DNA of 64,000 nucleotides from Octopus sinensis (lineage: Eukaryota). Shown piece by piece: positions 38,632 to 52,077 of this stretch (positions are counted from its first letter, which is position 1; each line of letters opens with the position of its first letter). The DNA is taken from positions 124,001 to 188,000 of the forward strand of contig NC_043000.1 of assembly GCF_006345805.1 (NCBI RefSeq), read 5' to 3'. A model generated the notes under the pieces. It saw only the letters and a list, made by a program, of their open reading frames with translations, made no database searches and was not told the origin of the DNA. The position numbers were made by a program, and so were the translations under genes.

Positions 38632-39292
38632 AACACACACACACATATACATACATATATATATATCGCCTAGCAAAATTTTAACGAAGACCGTCAAACT
38701 AGGAGACCTTTAGATATCATAATGAATATATCTAATTATATGATAGAACAGGGTAGGTGGTTCATTAATAAGCGTGATCAGAGAGATTAAAATCATGAGT
38801 TGAATAAAAGAGTATACATTCATTTCAATGCAAATACAAAACGCATATAGACACATGCACAGACACACACATCCACACACGCACATACATACTTATACAT
38901 ACACACTCTCACTCTTACACTCTCACACACTCACTCTCTCTCTGTCTCTTTCTCTTCTTTCTTAAGCACACACACACACACATGCGTGTATGCTGGGATT
39001 GTACTTTTCTCTGACATGGAAAACCACTATTTGTTTCTCCGTGTGTGTGTGTGTGTGTGTGTATGTGTGTGTGTGTGTGTGTGTTTGCGTGTGTGTTTTG
39101 TGTTGTACGTGTGTTCATGCGTATTTGTGCGTGTCTATGTGCTTGTCTAGCTGTGTATGCGTTTGTGTTTGTGCGCTTGATTGCGTGTTTGCGTGGGCTT
39201 TCAGATTTATATACATTCATATACATGCATATATACGTATGGAAATATATAGATAGCTAGCTATATACATACATGCATGCATTCTATGTGTT

Positions 39293-39376
<84 letters not shown>

Positions 39377-39979
39377 TACATATACACATATATATATATA
39401 TATATACACATAACTAAGTGTGCATGTGTGTGTGTGTGTGTGTGATGGAGCCAGTTTCTGAGTGTTTCTGTACCCGTGTGTTTTCATTTTTCTGTATGCG
39501 TGTCTGTCTGTGATCTTATACGAACGAGTGTTCAGAAATCTTTCGAGATAAATATTGCCCGAGGAAGCAGTATGCCATGAGGAACAATGTTTATACATGA
39601 GGTGATGTTGTGAATAGGAAGTAATTGTTCTATAAAATCTAACAATTATTCTATTAATAAAGACCGGTTCTATTTTCAGACACACCAACCGGAGAACTGA
39701 AGCCAAAATAACTTCTTAAGAATGCCACCACTATCTTTTATAATTCCTTCTTTTGCTTTGCTTGTTGTTATTAATATGGAGCGACAGAACTGGTTAAAAC
39801 ACTGAACTAAATGCAGTACAGTGTTTAAGCTTTATTATTCTGTTTTCTCAGTTCGAATCACACTGGAATCATACCGTTGTCTTTCACTCCAGGAGGTTGA
39901 TAAAAGTTAAGTAAGTGTCAAGTATTGTAGTTATTTTGTGTCGCTTAAGTTCCATGTTTTAATACTTATGACTTACGTA

Positions 39980-40420
39980 AGGCAGCGAGCTGGCCGGGTC
40001 GTTAGCAGTCTGAGTAAAATATTTAGCGCCATTTTGTCCGTCTTTTCATCTTGAGTTCAAGCGCGGCCGAGGTTGGCTTTGCTTTCATCATTTTGGTGTC
40101 GCTAAAATAAGTACAAGTTGAACCACTAGAGTCTATGTTATCGACTTGTCCTCTCCCACGAAATTGTTGGCCTTGTGCCAAAATTTGAAACGAATATATG
40201 TGGAATACGTAAGGAGGTGAGCTGGAAGGTGCGTTAGCATGACGGGCAAAAGCTTAACATTTCGTCCGTCCTTACGTTATAATTTCAAATTCCACCGAGA
40301 TCGGCTTTGCCTTTTAGCCTTTCGATGTCGATAAATAAGAACCATTTGAACTCTGGGGTCGATGTAATCGACTTATCCCCTCCTCCAAAAGTGCTGCCTT
40401 CTGCCAAAAATTGAAATCAA
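39980..40420 (+). mobile_element. Two tandem SINE family A copies
   Basis: Heads 'ggcagcgagctggc' and 'aggtgagctgg', each followed by core and tail. Confidence 0.85.
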
Positions 40421-40489
40421 TATTTGTGCAACATGTCAAACGGGGGGGGGGGCATTCTCTTTTTTTCGTTGTGGTCGTTTGTTAGGCTA

Positions 40490-40850
40490 AATTAGTCTTA
40501 GACCGCATTCAGTGGAGCGTAGGCTCCTAGTAGGGCTTCACATGCTGGAAAGGTCAAAGGATAGGGGTCAAGCTAGTATTGACTTCTTCCCAGTGGTGAA
40601 AATGGGTTTGCATAAGGCCAAAACCCCTACCTCGAAAAAATACAAAGTTACAGAAGAATCAATGACAATTGAAAAACAACAAGCCCTGGGAGAGGAAGGG
40701 CTTCTTTCTAGAAAACGTACGAAACCACAAGGGAGGTGGGAGAGAGAACCTCCCATAAATAGCTGGTGGCAGAATACTGAGGCTGAACTGAAAAAGCGGG
40801 GATCCAAATGGAGAAAAGCAGAAAAGACAGCCTGCAGTTAAAGACAGGGG
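40490..40850 (+). mobile_element. RTE-clade LINE remnant, apparently internally deleted
   Basis: C-terminal motif KPQGRWEREPPINSWWQNTEAELKKRGSKWRKAEKTA preceded directly by an RTE-like 5'UTR segment ('aaggtcaaaggataggggtca..aacccctacctcg'). Confidence 0.55.
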
Positions 40851-42204
40851 ACAAAACGACATCGATGGCCTATAATCTATAGATACTTAATGAATGATGT
40901 CAATATGAGATATCACGTTCATTAATATGTAAGAGAATAATGGATGATTCGTGTTCCGTTTGTGCTTCGTATTACACCCAATTTAACGATTCTTTTCATT
41001 TTCTGGGAGTTAAAAACGTAAGCAGCATAGTCATCGCATTTATTACTCTGCAATGCAGAGTGTGCTTGTTTTTGAACTGACACCATTAAGATATTACTTC
41101 AGGCGACACGTCGCTCAACCCGGCATTGATGTTTGTTGCACTTTCCCGGATCTTGAAGGCTTCGTTTCTTGCTACGACGAGGCTGCTAAGCAGAATTTGG
41201 ATTCAGAACGCATAGCGAATGAACGATATGATAACGTATTTCGTCTCATCCTCGGACAAATTTCAATATCGACAGCTGGTTTATTTACTGACACTAATAT
41301 TTAAACTTAGAACTCGAAGTGCCACACACAGCATGAAGGCCTTTTTTGTTTTACGACAGTATAACCAATTCGTACATCTACTGTCTTGGATTTGTCCAAT
41401 GATTCTCAATCGCTTGACTCACTGAAAAATTTCAAAACAATATTTTTTGTTTCAGAAAATACTCAAATTCAAACGGAGCTCTCCCTCTCAAACACTTCTT
41501 TTATAAACACGTACTTAAATAGGCGGAGGTAAAGAATATGCACAACACCCTATTTCGGCGTAACCCTAACCGTAAACACTGGGAGTGCGCATTCTAGACC
41601 TTCGCCCATAAATACATATACATACATCATTTTTGTGCATGAGAGAGAGGCTGTATTTCGTCATAACATAGCGAAAAATTGATGTCTTTTAATGCAATTT
41701 TTTTTATTGTGGCTTATTTTAATACAATATTTATATGTACATTTTCATAAATGTTTGTCTGAGTACAATTCAACGAATGTATGAAACATCGGACAAAAGT
41801 GATACATTAGAAGCAAATCAAAATATTGTCCGAAAATGAACTTAAAATTGTGCGACCCAGCGTAGTTGCCGAGGTTATTTTAGTTGTAAAAAAGAGCTGT
41901 TGAGTCAAAAACACGGTTTACTTGGTAGATAGATAATAAGCAGCTTTCTTTATTATAATACACATGTGACTAATTCGGAGAAACATTACTTTCATTATTT
42001 ACACATCGTCACTCTCGTAATGCAAGTCTTTGTTATTTTGGTTCAATTTGAAAGTGTGAAACTATTTTCATTTTGTAATAAAACCTGGTCGTTGTAAAGA
42101 AATATATTTGAAATAACTATAGCTGGTTATTGAGATAACGTCGAAAATATGTAAATGAAAATAAAGTTTATTTGACATGTGTGACTGGGTTGATTTTTCT
42201 GGAA

Positions 42205-42405
42205 GGCGGCGAGCTGGCAGGATCGTTAGCATGCCGGGCAAAATGCTTGAACAGTATTTCATCTGTTCAAATGCCGCATGGATCAACTTTGCTTTTCATC
42301 CTTTTGGGGTCGATAAATTAAGTACCAGTGAGACACTGGAGTCGATATAATTGACTGGTCCCCGCTCCCAGAATTTCCAGCCTTGTGCCTATAGTAGAAA
42401 GGATT
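42205..42405 (+). mobile_element. SINE family A
   Basis: 'ggcggcgagctggcaggatcgttagcatgccgggcaaaatgctt' ... 'ccttgtgcctatagtagaaagg'. Confidence 0.92.
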
Positions 42406-42769
42406 TGATTGTTCTGGTCTTAACATCAGTTGGTAAGAAGTCATTTGACGACACCCGTTTGTTTGTAATTGGCAGGTTCAATCCGAGGAATATTGAAATA
42501 ATACTCATCTTGCCCATACCACAGAATAAGATCATACTGGAGAGCATCATAAGAGGGATGAGTCTGTGAAACACGTTTAAGTTTGTTACCTTGGACACCA
42601 ATGAAAATATCATGATTTTCAATGGGATCATCTACCATAAGGATGGCCACTTCTTTAGATGTGGGCCACACACTCATAGAATTAATAATATTGAAAACAG
42701 CGAAACGTACACACACGAAGTACAAGCTAAACGAAATCTTGTCAATATAGGTGCAAATCATGGATGGAA

Positions 42770-43147
42770 GCACTCCGTCGGTTACGACGACGAGGGTTCC
42801 AGTTGATCCGAATCAACAGAACAGCCTGCTCGTGAAATTAACGTGTAAGTGGCTGAGCACTCCACAGACACGTGTACCCTTAACGTAGTTCTCGGGGATA
42901 TTCAGCGTGACACAGAGAGTGACAAGGCCGGCCCTTTGAAATACAGGTACAACAGAAACAAGAAGTAAGAGTGAGAGAAAGTTGTGGTGAAAGAGTACAG
43001 CAGGGATCACCACCATCCCCTGCCGGAGCCTCGTGGAGCTTTAGGTGTTTTCGCTCAATAAACACTCATAACGCCCGGTCTGGGAATCGAAATCGCGATC
43101 CTATGACCACGAGTCCGCTGCCCTAACCACTGGGCCATTGCGCCTCC
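42770..43147 (-). mobile_element. tRNA-derived SINE family C, full length
   Basis: Minus strand head 'ggaggcgcaatggcccagtggttagggcagcggactcg..tttcgattcccagacc' with A and B boxes; tail 'gtcgtcgtaaccgacggagtgc'. Confidence 0.92.
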
Positions 43148-44236
43148 ACAAGGTGCAAAACATACTTTCTATAGTATAGATATGCTATAAAAAATGGAAA
43201 GTCATCAATTTAGCAAAAGTTAGTATGTGTCACCAATGAAAGAAAGTACATAAAATCATGTACTAAATGTTATAAAATTCACAATTGAATGAATCTCATG
43301 GTGAAGAAAATTCAGACGGCATGATTCAATTTCTCGTACAAAAATAATTCATTTTACAATTTTAAAACGAACACTGAACCAAGTGTATAAAAAGGAAGAT
43401 GCGGTTTTTGAACTGTGTAACATTATAGGCTGTAAAATAAATACTGAGTAACGCAGTAAAAAGGATGTGCGACGCTGATATTCACAGTGGTGAAGAATAC
43501 AAGGACTGTTAAAAAAACATTATCTTGAAACTGGTTAGAAGGAGTGGAATAACATTTCTGTAATTATACTGAAAGAGCTGCTGAGGCTTTCTACTTCGCC
43601 AAGTTTCCGAATTTGTTATAATAACCAGAATAATATATATATTTTTTAGATATATTTGCGAGTATTGTGAGCGGTGTTAAATCAACCAAATCATTATGTT
43701 GGTAGTACTTGAAAGTGAACGTTGTTGTTTGTTTGAAATCCAGGCCGCAAGAAAACTTTCAATATTGGCGCATTTCACTGTTGGAGGTGGGAGTTACATA
43801 CATAAAATAAGAGACACACACACATACACACACATGCACACACGTACTTTAACGCACACGTGAAGCCTCTTTCCCTGTGAGTGTCTGCCTCTGTCTTTAG
43901 ATGTGTGTGTGTGTGTGTGTGTGTGCGTGTGTCAGTCATCGCAAAAATGTATGTATAGTGACAGACAGAAACACCGTCACACACATACTTTTCATTCATT
44001 GGCCTAACGTACGTAACAAACGCGCGAACACATATACAAAATGTGACAGCATCGTCGTTGTGGTGGTGGTAAAACATGTCGTTTACAATAGGTGACTAAA
44101 AGAAAAATGATAAGCTTGAATTAGTGTAATCTAAATAAGTGATTGAAAATATAGTTTAGTTGGTAGCCAAAATCTTATGAATCTATTGATACTCCATACG
44201 TCAAAAACGGTAACTCGGTTTTGGAATGCATAAATA

Positions 44237-44271
<35 letters not shown>

Positions 44272-44371
44272 CTCTTTTATATATATATATAAGATATACA
44301 TAGCACCTGGTGAGGATTTCATTATTGAAAGATGTTTCGTCCTTAAGTTTCATTCCAAACGTTGTCTATGT

Positions 44372-44409
<38 letters not shown>

Positions 44410-44776
44410 GCACATACACACACATGTATGTATATGTGTACATATGTATGTGTGTCTATGTGTGGGTTTATGTGTGTTTATGTTTATGTTTATGCAAAGC
44501 ACAAAGAAGAGATAGCGATAAATTTTATCTATCTAAACATTTTCGCATTACAGATCGCAGGCGAAGGAGAACATCCTATTGTTCTCTTAAGTAAATAGTA
44601 AATTCATTGGGAATTCTTATATAAACACGCTGACATATGACCAACGTTGAACCCCTTGTTCGCAAAATCACCGAACCTGGAACTTAACTATGGTCTGTCT
44701 ATAGCACTTAATCAGTATTACCTGACACATTTGGGTCTCAATAGCACTATTACCGCATACATATATATATATATAT

Positions 44777-44889
44777 ATCACCGTGACTGACCAGGCTATC
44801 AGATGTTGTTACACATCGCTGGTCACAATGCGCTTCGCATTGTTTTAGCCTTCAAATGACGCCACCCCGCTGGCTAAGCGAGCAGGCCA
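44777..44889 (-). repeat. Short repeat related to the RTE-type tail at 1260-1328, embedded in (TA)n
   Basis: Minus strand 'tgtgaccagcgatgtg...ctggtcagtcacggtgat' versus 'tgtgaccagcggtgtc...ctggtcggtcaaagtgat'. Confidence 0.55.
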
Positions 44890-44903
44890 CATATACATAT
44901 ATA

Positions 44904-44937
<34 letters not shown>

Positions 44938-44967
44938 TATATATATATATATATACATACATATATA

Positions 44968-45700
44968 CAGGGAGGGTCAAAGTATTTAGGAATCAAAAAT
45001 TGGTAATAAAATCCGTATTCCTGTTACAAATTTATTGAAACAAATGATGCATGTTGTTTATTACATGGGAAAATTAAAGTAAATCTTCGTATTCCAACGT
45101 AAGCACCGGTGGTGCCAACAAGTTTCCTCAAACGGCCAGGGATGGAATGAACAATCTTCTGAAGGACGTCGTCTGGGATATCAGTGAGAACCTCCTGAAT
45201 CTGTCTCCAAGTCCTCCAGTGTCCCAGGTTTTGTCTTGTACACCTCCTTTTTGTGTAACCCCATAGGTAAATATCACATGGAGTGAGATCTGGACTTCTT
45301 GGAGTTAAGGACTTTTGCATTTCTGCGCTCACAATCTTTAGGTTTTAACTCCTGCAAGTAATGGGGTTTTCACGGACGAAAACTCAATTCTTTATGCAAC
45401 ATCGTACGTATTGTGTGCCCTGTTAGTCTAATTTCACGAGCTGCTCGGCATGTTGATTTTTGCGGGCTGCAATTAAACATCTCTAGCACCGTTTCCACGT
45501 TCTCCGCTGATCGGGATGTGGTTGGACGGACACTTCTTGCATCGTTCATAGAACCCGTGGCTATCAGCTTTGCATGACAACATTTTATTGTCTCCGTCGT
45601 AGTGTTGCATGTTTACCTTTCCATGCACCATGCACGCCACTATCTCTGAACCAAACAAAAATGGAACTCCACGCATCAGAGTGTGATGCTATCTTAGGAG
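44968..45700 (-). mobile_element. Internally deleted Tc1/mariner-superfamily element
   Basis: TA + 'cagggagggtcaaag' terminus; fragments PRSPDLTPCDIYLWGY, IPDDVLQKIVHSIPGRL and N-terminal ATGSMNDARSVRPTTSRS..SPQKSTCRAARE. Confidence 0.8.
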
Positions 45701-45876
45701 AATAAGAAATAAGATAAAAAGACGATAGAATAATTTTAAAATTCCATGAATGTTGTCTGTTTAGAAAATGTTTCCGTCATGCCTTCAGTGATACAAAAAA
45801 TTCTATAAGCAATTTCCACTGCTAAGTTAGTTTCCACCTAGCCTATATATGTGTGTGTGTGTGTGTATGTATATAT

Positions 45877-45929
<53 letters not shown>

Positions 45930-45949
45930 CTATATATATATATATATTA

Positions 45950-46298
45950 ATAAAATTTATGAAATGAAAGAATGGAGTTGAACGACGAATTAACAAATTT
46001 CCTTTATTTTCGACATATGTTTCGAAGGCTGCATATTCCTAATTGTGAATATGCACAATTAGGAATATGCAGCCTTCGAAACATATGTCGAAAATAAAGG
46101 AAATTTGTTAATTCGTCGTTCAACTCCATTCTTTCATTTATTCATAAATTTTATAAAAATACACACAAATTTCCACATGAAAACACGTAGTCTCTGCCGT
46201 AGGCACGTAACTTCAACCGTGTTATTTTGATGTGAATTTGCTACCCAGGTATCGGTAATCGAATTATCCATAAAAAGATATTTCATTTTCTACTCAAA
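45950..46298. mobile_element. Foldback element, family H1, short copy between (TA)n tracts
   Basis: Arms 45950-46047 and 46054-46154 (identical apart from a 3-nt indel), 6-nt spacer, tail 46155-46298 homologous to 53144-53285; retains only the CGAAAC-ATAT-GTC half of the hammerhead. Confidence 0.9.
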
Positions 46299-46304
46299 TA
46301 TATA

Positions 46305-46354
<50 letters not shown>

Positions 46355-46444
46355 TATATATATATTTATATATATAAATATATGTATGTATGTATGTTTG
46401 TATGTACGTATGTTAAATGTATGTGTGTGTATGTATATATGTAT

Positions 46445-46600
46445 GTATTTGTGTGGATGTGTTTGTCCTCCACCATTGCGTGACAACCGATATTGGCGTG
46501 TTTACGTACCCCTAACTTAGCAGTTCGTCAAAAGAGGCCGATAGAATAAGTACTAGGCTTACAAAAAATAGGTCCTGGGGTTGATTTATTCGAATAAATA
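46445..46600 (+). mobile_element. SINE family B, 3' half
   Basis: 'gcgtgacaaccga', 'ccgatagaataagtactaggcttacaaa'. Confidence 0.8.
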
Positions 46601-47291
46601 CAGGTTTTTCAGCTTTCCCTCCCTTAGTGTCAAATTCAACGCCAGAGGCAAATCAAGTGTAGACATTTTCTAACTTTAATACACGTTCTAAATAGCATAA
46701 AAGAATTAGCCATCCTTACCGACAGCATTCAGATATTAGTTGACAAAATATTTCCATATCCATCGCTTTTCGATGTCCGACGGTATTCATTACGTCATCC
46801 TCTTTATAGAGTGATGTATAAGTATTTGTAGAACTTTATTCAAGTAATCAGAAACTTTTGCAAATAAATTAAGATTACCTCGTATATAATGCTAACTAAG
46901 ATCTAATGAGAATGTGTTTGTGTGTGTGTGTGTGTGTGTATTTAACACCTCTAGTTCTCACATTTTTACTGCATATATACCTACATAAAAACATACAAAC
47001 AAATATACATAAAAACATACATACATATATACATACATGCAAATACATATATATAACTATACATTCAAATATACAAATATATGCATATAAAAATGTATGT
47101 ATATCCCTCTCGTTTGTTATATATGTACATATATATTTATATATATATATATGCATATACATAATATGCATGTATATATATATATATTATATATGCATCT
47201 ATATACATACATATATATATATATATGTGTGTGTGTATATATATATATGTATATATGTGTATATATATATATGTATATATGTGTATATATA

Positions 47292-47333
<42 letters not shown>

Positions 47334-47340
47334 ATAGATG

Positions 47341-47383
<43 letters not shown>

Positions 47384-47388
47384 GATGC

Positions 47389-47421
<33 letters not shown>

Positions 47422-47729
47422 TATGTATATGTATATATACACTTATGGTTGTTGGTATCTATGCACGCGTAAACATGTACGCGATACTTCATACACATAA
47501 ACAGATAATTGCATATGATATATACTTTATTTCTCGCCAAAGTATTATCTAAATGTCATCCGCTGCCAAATGCGAAGAGAACATTATACTCTAACTTCAT
47601 ACTTCGTATATATAATCTCACCCCTGCTCTCTATATCTTTCCCATCTCACAAATTATCTTTGCATCAAGGCGGGGACAATTCCTGTCTTGTCTTCTTTCA
47701 TAATATATATGTACGTGAAGTAGCACTAA

Positions 47730-47755
47730 TAATAATAATAATAATAACAATAATA

Positions 47756-47806
<51 letters not shown>

Positions 47807-47937
47807 TGATGATGATAATAATGATAATAATGATAATAATGATAATAATAATAATAATAATGATAATAATGATAATAATAATAATAATAAAAATAATAAT
47901 GATGATGATGATGATAATAATAATGATAATAATGATA

Positions 47938-48001
<64 letters not shown>

Positions 48002-48135
48002 TGATGATGATGATAATAATGATAATAATGATAATAATGATAATAATAATAATAATAATGATAATAATGATAATAATAATAATAATAAAAATAATAATGA
48101 TGATAATAATAATAATAATAATGATAATAATGATA

Positions 48136-48205
<70 letters not shown>

Positions 48206-48246
48206 TGATGATGATGATGATAATAATGATAATAATGATAATAATG

Positions 48247-48305
<59 letters not shown>

Positions 48306-48353
48306 GTATTATTATTGTCATTATTATCATTATCATCTTCATCATCATTATTA

Positions 48354-48384
<31 letters not shown>

Positions 48385-48470
48385 AATATTATTATTATTA
48401 TTGTTGTTGTTGTCGTCGTCGTCATCATCATCATCATCATCATCATTACTGTTATTATTTGTTGTTAATA
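47730..48470. repeat. (AAT/GAT)n microsatellite with a higher-order period near 200 bp, followed by (ATT/CAT)n
   Basis: AAA interruptions at about 47890 and 48088; ATG runs restart at 47803, 47998 and 48202. Confidence 0.9.
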
Positions 48471-48735
48471 TTACCTAGTTTTTGCACCTTGATCAGAGAA
48501 ATACACAACTACTTATTTTAATACTCATAAACACACACACACAAACTCAGACAGACAGACAGACACACATATATACGCATATGTGTGTATACATATATAC
48601 ATATATACATATGTATATATGTATATATGTATATAATATAGTTATATATATATATATACATATATACAGACACACACACAAACAAACACACATACACCAC
48701 ACACATACACACACACACACAACACACAACACATA

Positions 48736-48793
<58 letters not shown>

Positions 48794-49005
48794 CATATAT
48801 ATATATACATACATGCATATATAGATATAATAGGTAGGAGGTTATAGAAGAAGAAGAAGAAGAAGGGAGACAGAGTGAGATAGTGACAGCACAAGAACAG
48901 CAGAGAGCAAGAGTGATAGGCTGGACATATCATCCTTAATGATAGTATCAGTTTCAGGAACACGAGAATATTTTAAAGATAGAAATCCTTTATTACAAAC
49001 TTATG

Positions 49006-49043
<38 letters not shown>

Positions 49044-49124
49044 CATACATGCATACATACATACATACATACATACATACATAGAACTCCCGTATGAAAA
49101 AGATATTTTCATTCAATAATAACA

Positions 49125-49159
49125 ATAATAATAATTATAATTATAATAATAATAATAAC

Positions 49160-49254
<95 letters not shown>

Positions 49255-49280
49255 AAGAAGAAGAAGAAGAAGAAGAATAA
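49125..49280. repeat. (AAT)n-(AAG)n compound microsatellite
   Basis: Direct tandem repeats. Confidence 0.97.
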
Positions 49281-49352
49281 AAGTATACTAAACACTACAC
49301 AAAATAAGTTTTGTGCGAGTGAAGTAATATGTTAGAGTGGATGTAATTTATA

Positions 49353-49584
49353 CAGGGTTGGCCAAAAGTCACCTGACATTAAATCAAAATCATTTCATTC
49401 CAAGATTTATTTATGTTTACCAACTGAATGAATTTAATAAAAGCATCTAAATACGAAACATCATGAAAATTGTTCAAACTGAAGTCTTTCTAGAGCGACA
49501 CATTTTTCCATTTGAGCCAATACAGAATGACAGATAGTATTTATGTAAATTTTGAGTTACTGTCGGGTCACTTTTGGTCAACTG
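49353..49584. mobile_element. Tc1/mariner-type MITE
   Basis: TIRs 'cagggttggccaaaagtcacctgaca' / 'tgtcgggtcacttttggtcaactg' with TA on both sides. Confidence 0.75.
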
Positions 49585-50019
49585 TATATATATATATAAT
49601 ATTATCTGTAATTCTGTATTGACTCGACTGAAAAATGTGTCGCTCAAGAAGGACTTCAGTTTGAACAATTTTCATGATGTTTCCTATTTAGATGCTTTCA
49701 TTAAATTCATTCAGTTAGACATTAGACATATTTTAATTGCTTTCATCTTTAATGCTATATGGCCCGCGGAAATGAGCGCATGAACTATGATGCACTCGAT
49801 GTCCATGGAAAACTTTTATCCTATATTAGATGTTAATTTAATAGTGTTCACTTCCGGACTCTCTCACTCTGTGAAAGTTTCTAGTTCGAATCACACGTGT
49901 CTCGAGATATGCTGAAGATTTTCTATTTTGGATATATTTGGGGTACTTAGGTCTGCTCAGGACTTAGTACTTGCTTTTTCTATGCGTATGAGTAAGTATT
50001 TCATTTATGCATTACGTAT

Positions 50020-50080
50020 TTATCGCTGAGGAAATGAAAATTCTTATGAATTAACTTTGAAATTGGGACCAATACGGTAA
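50020..50080 (+). ncRNA. Type I hammerhead ribozyme motif, all three stems formed
   Basis: TTATCG-CTGAGGA-AATGaaAATTCttatGAATTaaCTTT-GAAA-TTGG-GA-CCAA-TA-CGGTAA; triplet AUA, predicted cut after 50074. Confidence 0.65.
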
Positions 50081-50187
50081 TAACGGAATTTTTTAGAAAT
50101 TTCTATCGGCTTGTTTCGAGAGCATATTAATAGTGATAAATTATAATGGTTATTGACAATCTGTCTATTTTCGGCATATATGCATGC

Positions 50188-51420
50188 AGGGAAGCGTTTC
50201 GATGGTTAGGCGATCCATTTGCTGTCAACACTCGCTAAATGGAGGGCTAGACATGCCCTAGTTGATGATGCGCAGACATGCGCTGAGACTGCGAAATCTA
50301 CGGCGCTTCATAGACGACGGTGAACAGGTGTGGTTGCCGTTTATGCAGTGCACTTTCCCGCAGCTCGTCACCTTGGCCGAGCTGCAGTCATGGATCAAAC
50401 AGAGACCGAGGCTAGGCGAATGGCACCGCGAGTGTCGCGTTGCTCTCAAGCAACTCTGCCATCCGGGGCTAAACTTGTGCGACTTCATTACCACAAAGGC
50501 GTTCTATAGAGGTTTAGTGGAGGCGGGCTGCGACGATTTTTCGGGCAGAATCTGGGCGTCGACGAGGAACACCTGACGTGCCTGTTCAGAAAAAACTTTC
50601 GGGCCGGAACCTATGGACAATCACCAGTGATCCCTGGCTTGGCAGTGCTATCGAGAAGCATCACCTGTTCGGGATAAGCTCTATAGGCACGTTCAAGACA
50701 CACCGTACCGTCTTGCCCGAGATACGGCCAGAACGACGAAACCGTTCTGCACGCACTCGTGCAGTGTCCAACCATTTCGGACCTGTGGGTTTATGCCGAT
50801 CGGCTGCTTTAATGTGTTGGACGAGCCCGCCTGTCGGCTGAGTCTATCCTTGCAGTTTATCCACCACTTTCCCTCGACCGGGAAGGCAAGGCAGTCTTCA
50901 CCATACTGGTGGCCATGGTGAAAGAATGTGTGTGGTGGACTCGAGCGAAAGGGCTAGAGACAAACACTTACCTCTCTGGCCAATAGCTCATTAACTTTTT
51001 CAAGTACCACTTGAAAAGCAAGGGGAGAATGGAGAGGCAGGTTTTGTCTCGTGAATGTTTCAATAAAAGGTGCGTGCGAGCGACGAAACCATTTTAAGCA
51101 TGATCCTGTAAATCGAAAAATGAGGGAGAGAGCACTTTGCTCTCATGTGTTTATTCTCTCTCTGCCTGAGGTTACCGTGGTCTTTTTCGTAGGCTTTTCT
51201 TTTCGCGGATAAACCTAATCTTGCTTTTTACATTTAAAAAAATTCTTCTGTGGTACACGATCCTTTTTGATCGTCTTTTTTTCGATCCTGCTTGATCGGA
51301 ATTTTACCTTTTTTTTCTCATTTCTTTTCCTTTTTAGTTTTTCATTTTCGAAAAGAAAATCTCTACGTTTGTATTTGTCCCCGGTGTGTTCATCCCTGTA
51401 TAGCCAATAAAGGAAGTTAC
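50188..51420 (+). mobile_element. 5'-truncated Tx1/L1-clade LINE, copy B (older, diverged)
   Basis: MMMRRHALRLRNL..WHRECRVALKQLC, frameshifted; 3'UTR homologous to copy A; AATAAA then (TCTA)n at 51421-51503. Confidence 0.9.
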
Positions 51421-51501
<81 letters not shown>

Positions 51502-51504
<3 letters not shown>

Positions 51505-51990
51505 GTATGTGTTAGTGTATAAAGGATATAAAAGCTGTGTTGTGAATAAACAGAATTTAGATTTGTGTAAATATAGTTGAGAGATAGTTGACCTGTGAAA
51601 AAAACGTTAGGTAATAAGTGTTAAAAGTACCAACAGTCATTTTACTGCGCCCGTTGACTTTCACCAACACCAGGTAACACAAGAGAAGCAGCTCTGGAAA
51701 TCTTTGCTTTCTAATAAAATATCGATATCAAAACATAAACTGATTAAGTGCAACGCCGGGCAGGATGTGAACCTTACTTGCTTTCCCCTTTACACCATAC
51801 ATCATAACACTGTGATACACGATCCCTATTGATGGTTTTTTTTTTCCTTTTACGATCCCTTTTGATCGAAAACCTACGCCACCTTTTTTTTGTTTCTTTT
51901 GTTTTTTGTTTTTTTCATCCCCACAAAAGAAAAGCTCTACCTTGTAACTTGTCCCATCTGTGTGCAGCCCTGTGTGGCCAATAAAGAAAC

Positions 51991-52077
<87 letters not shown>

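Noticed and set aside
41080-41250. Minus-strand PRRSKKRSLQDPGKCNKHQC, faintly like a piggyBac cysteine-rich tail
   Set aside because: Too short and degenerate; no TTAA or TIR support.
42591-42806. MIFNGIIYHKDGHFF, faintly like a ubiquitin-protease His box
   Set aside because: An isolated motif between two SINEs, with an upstream stop and no Cys box or splice support.
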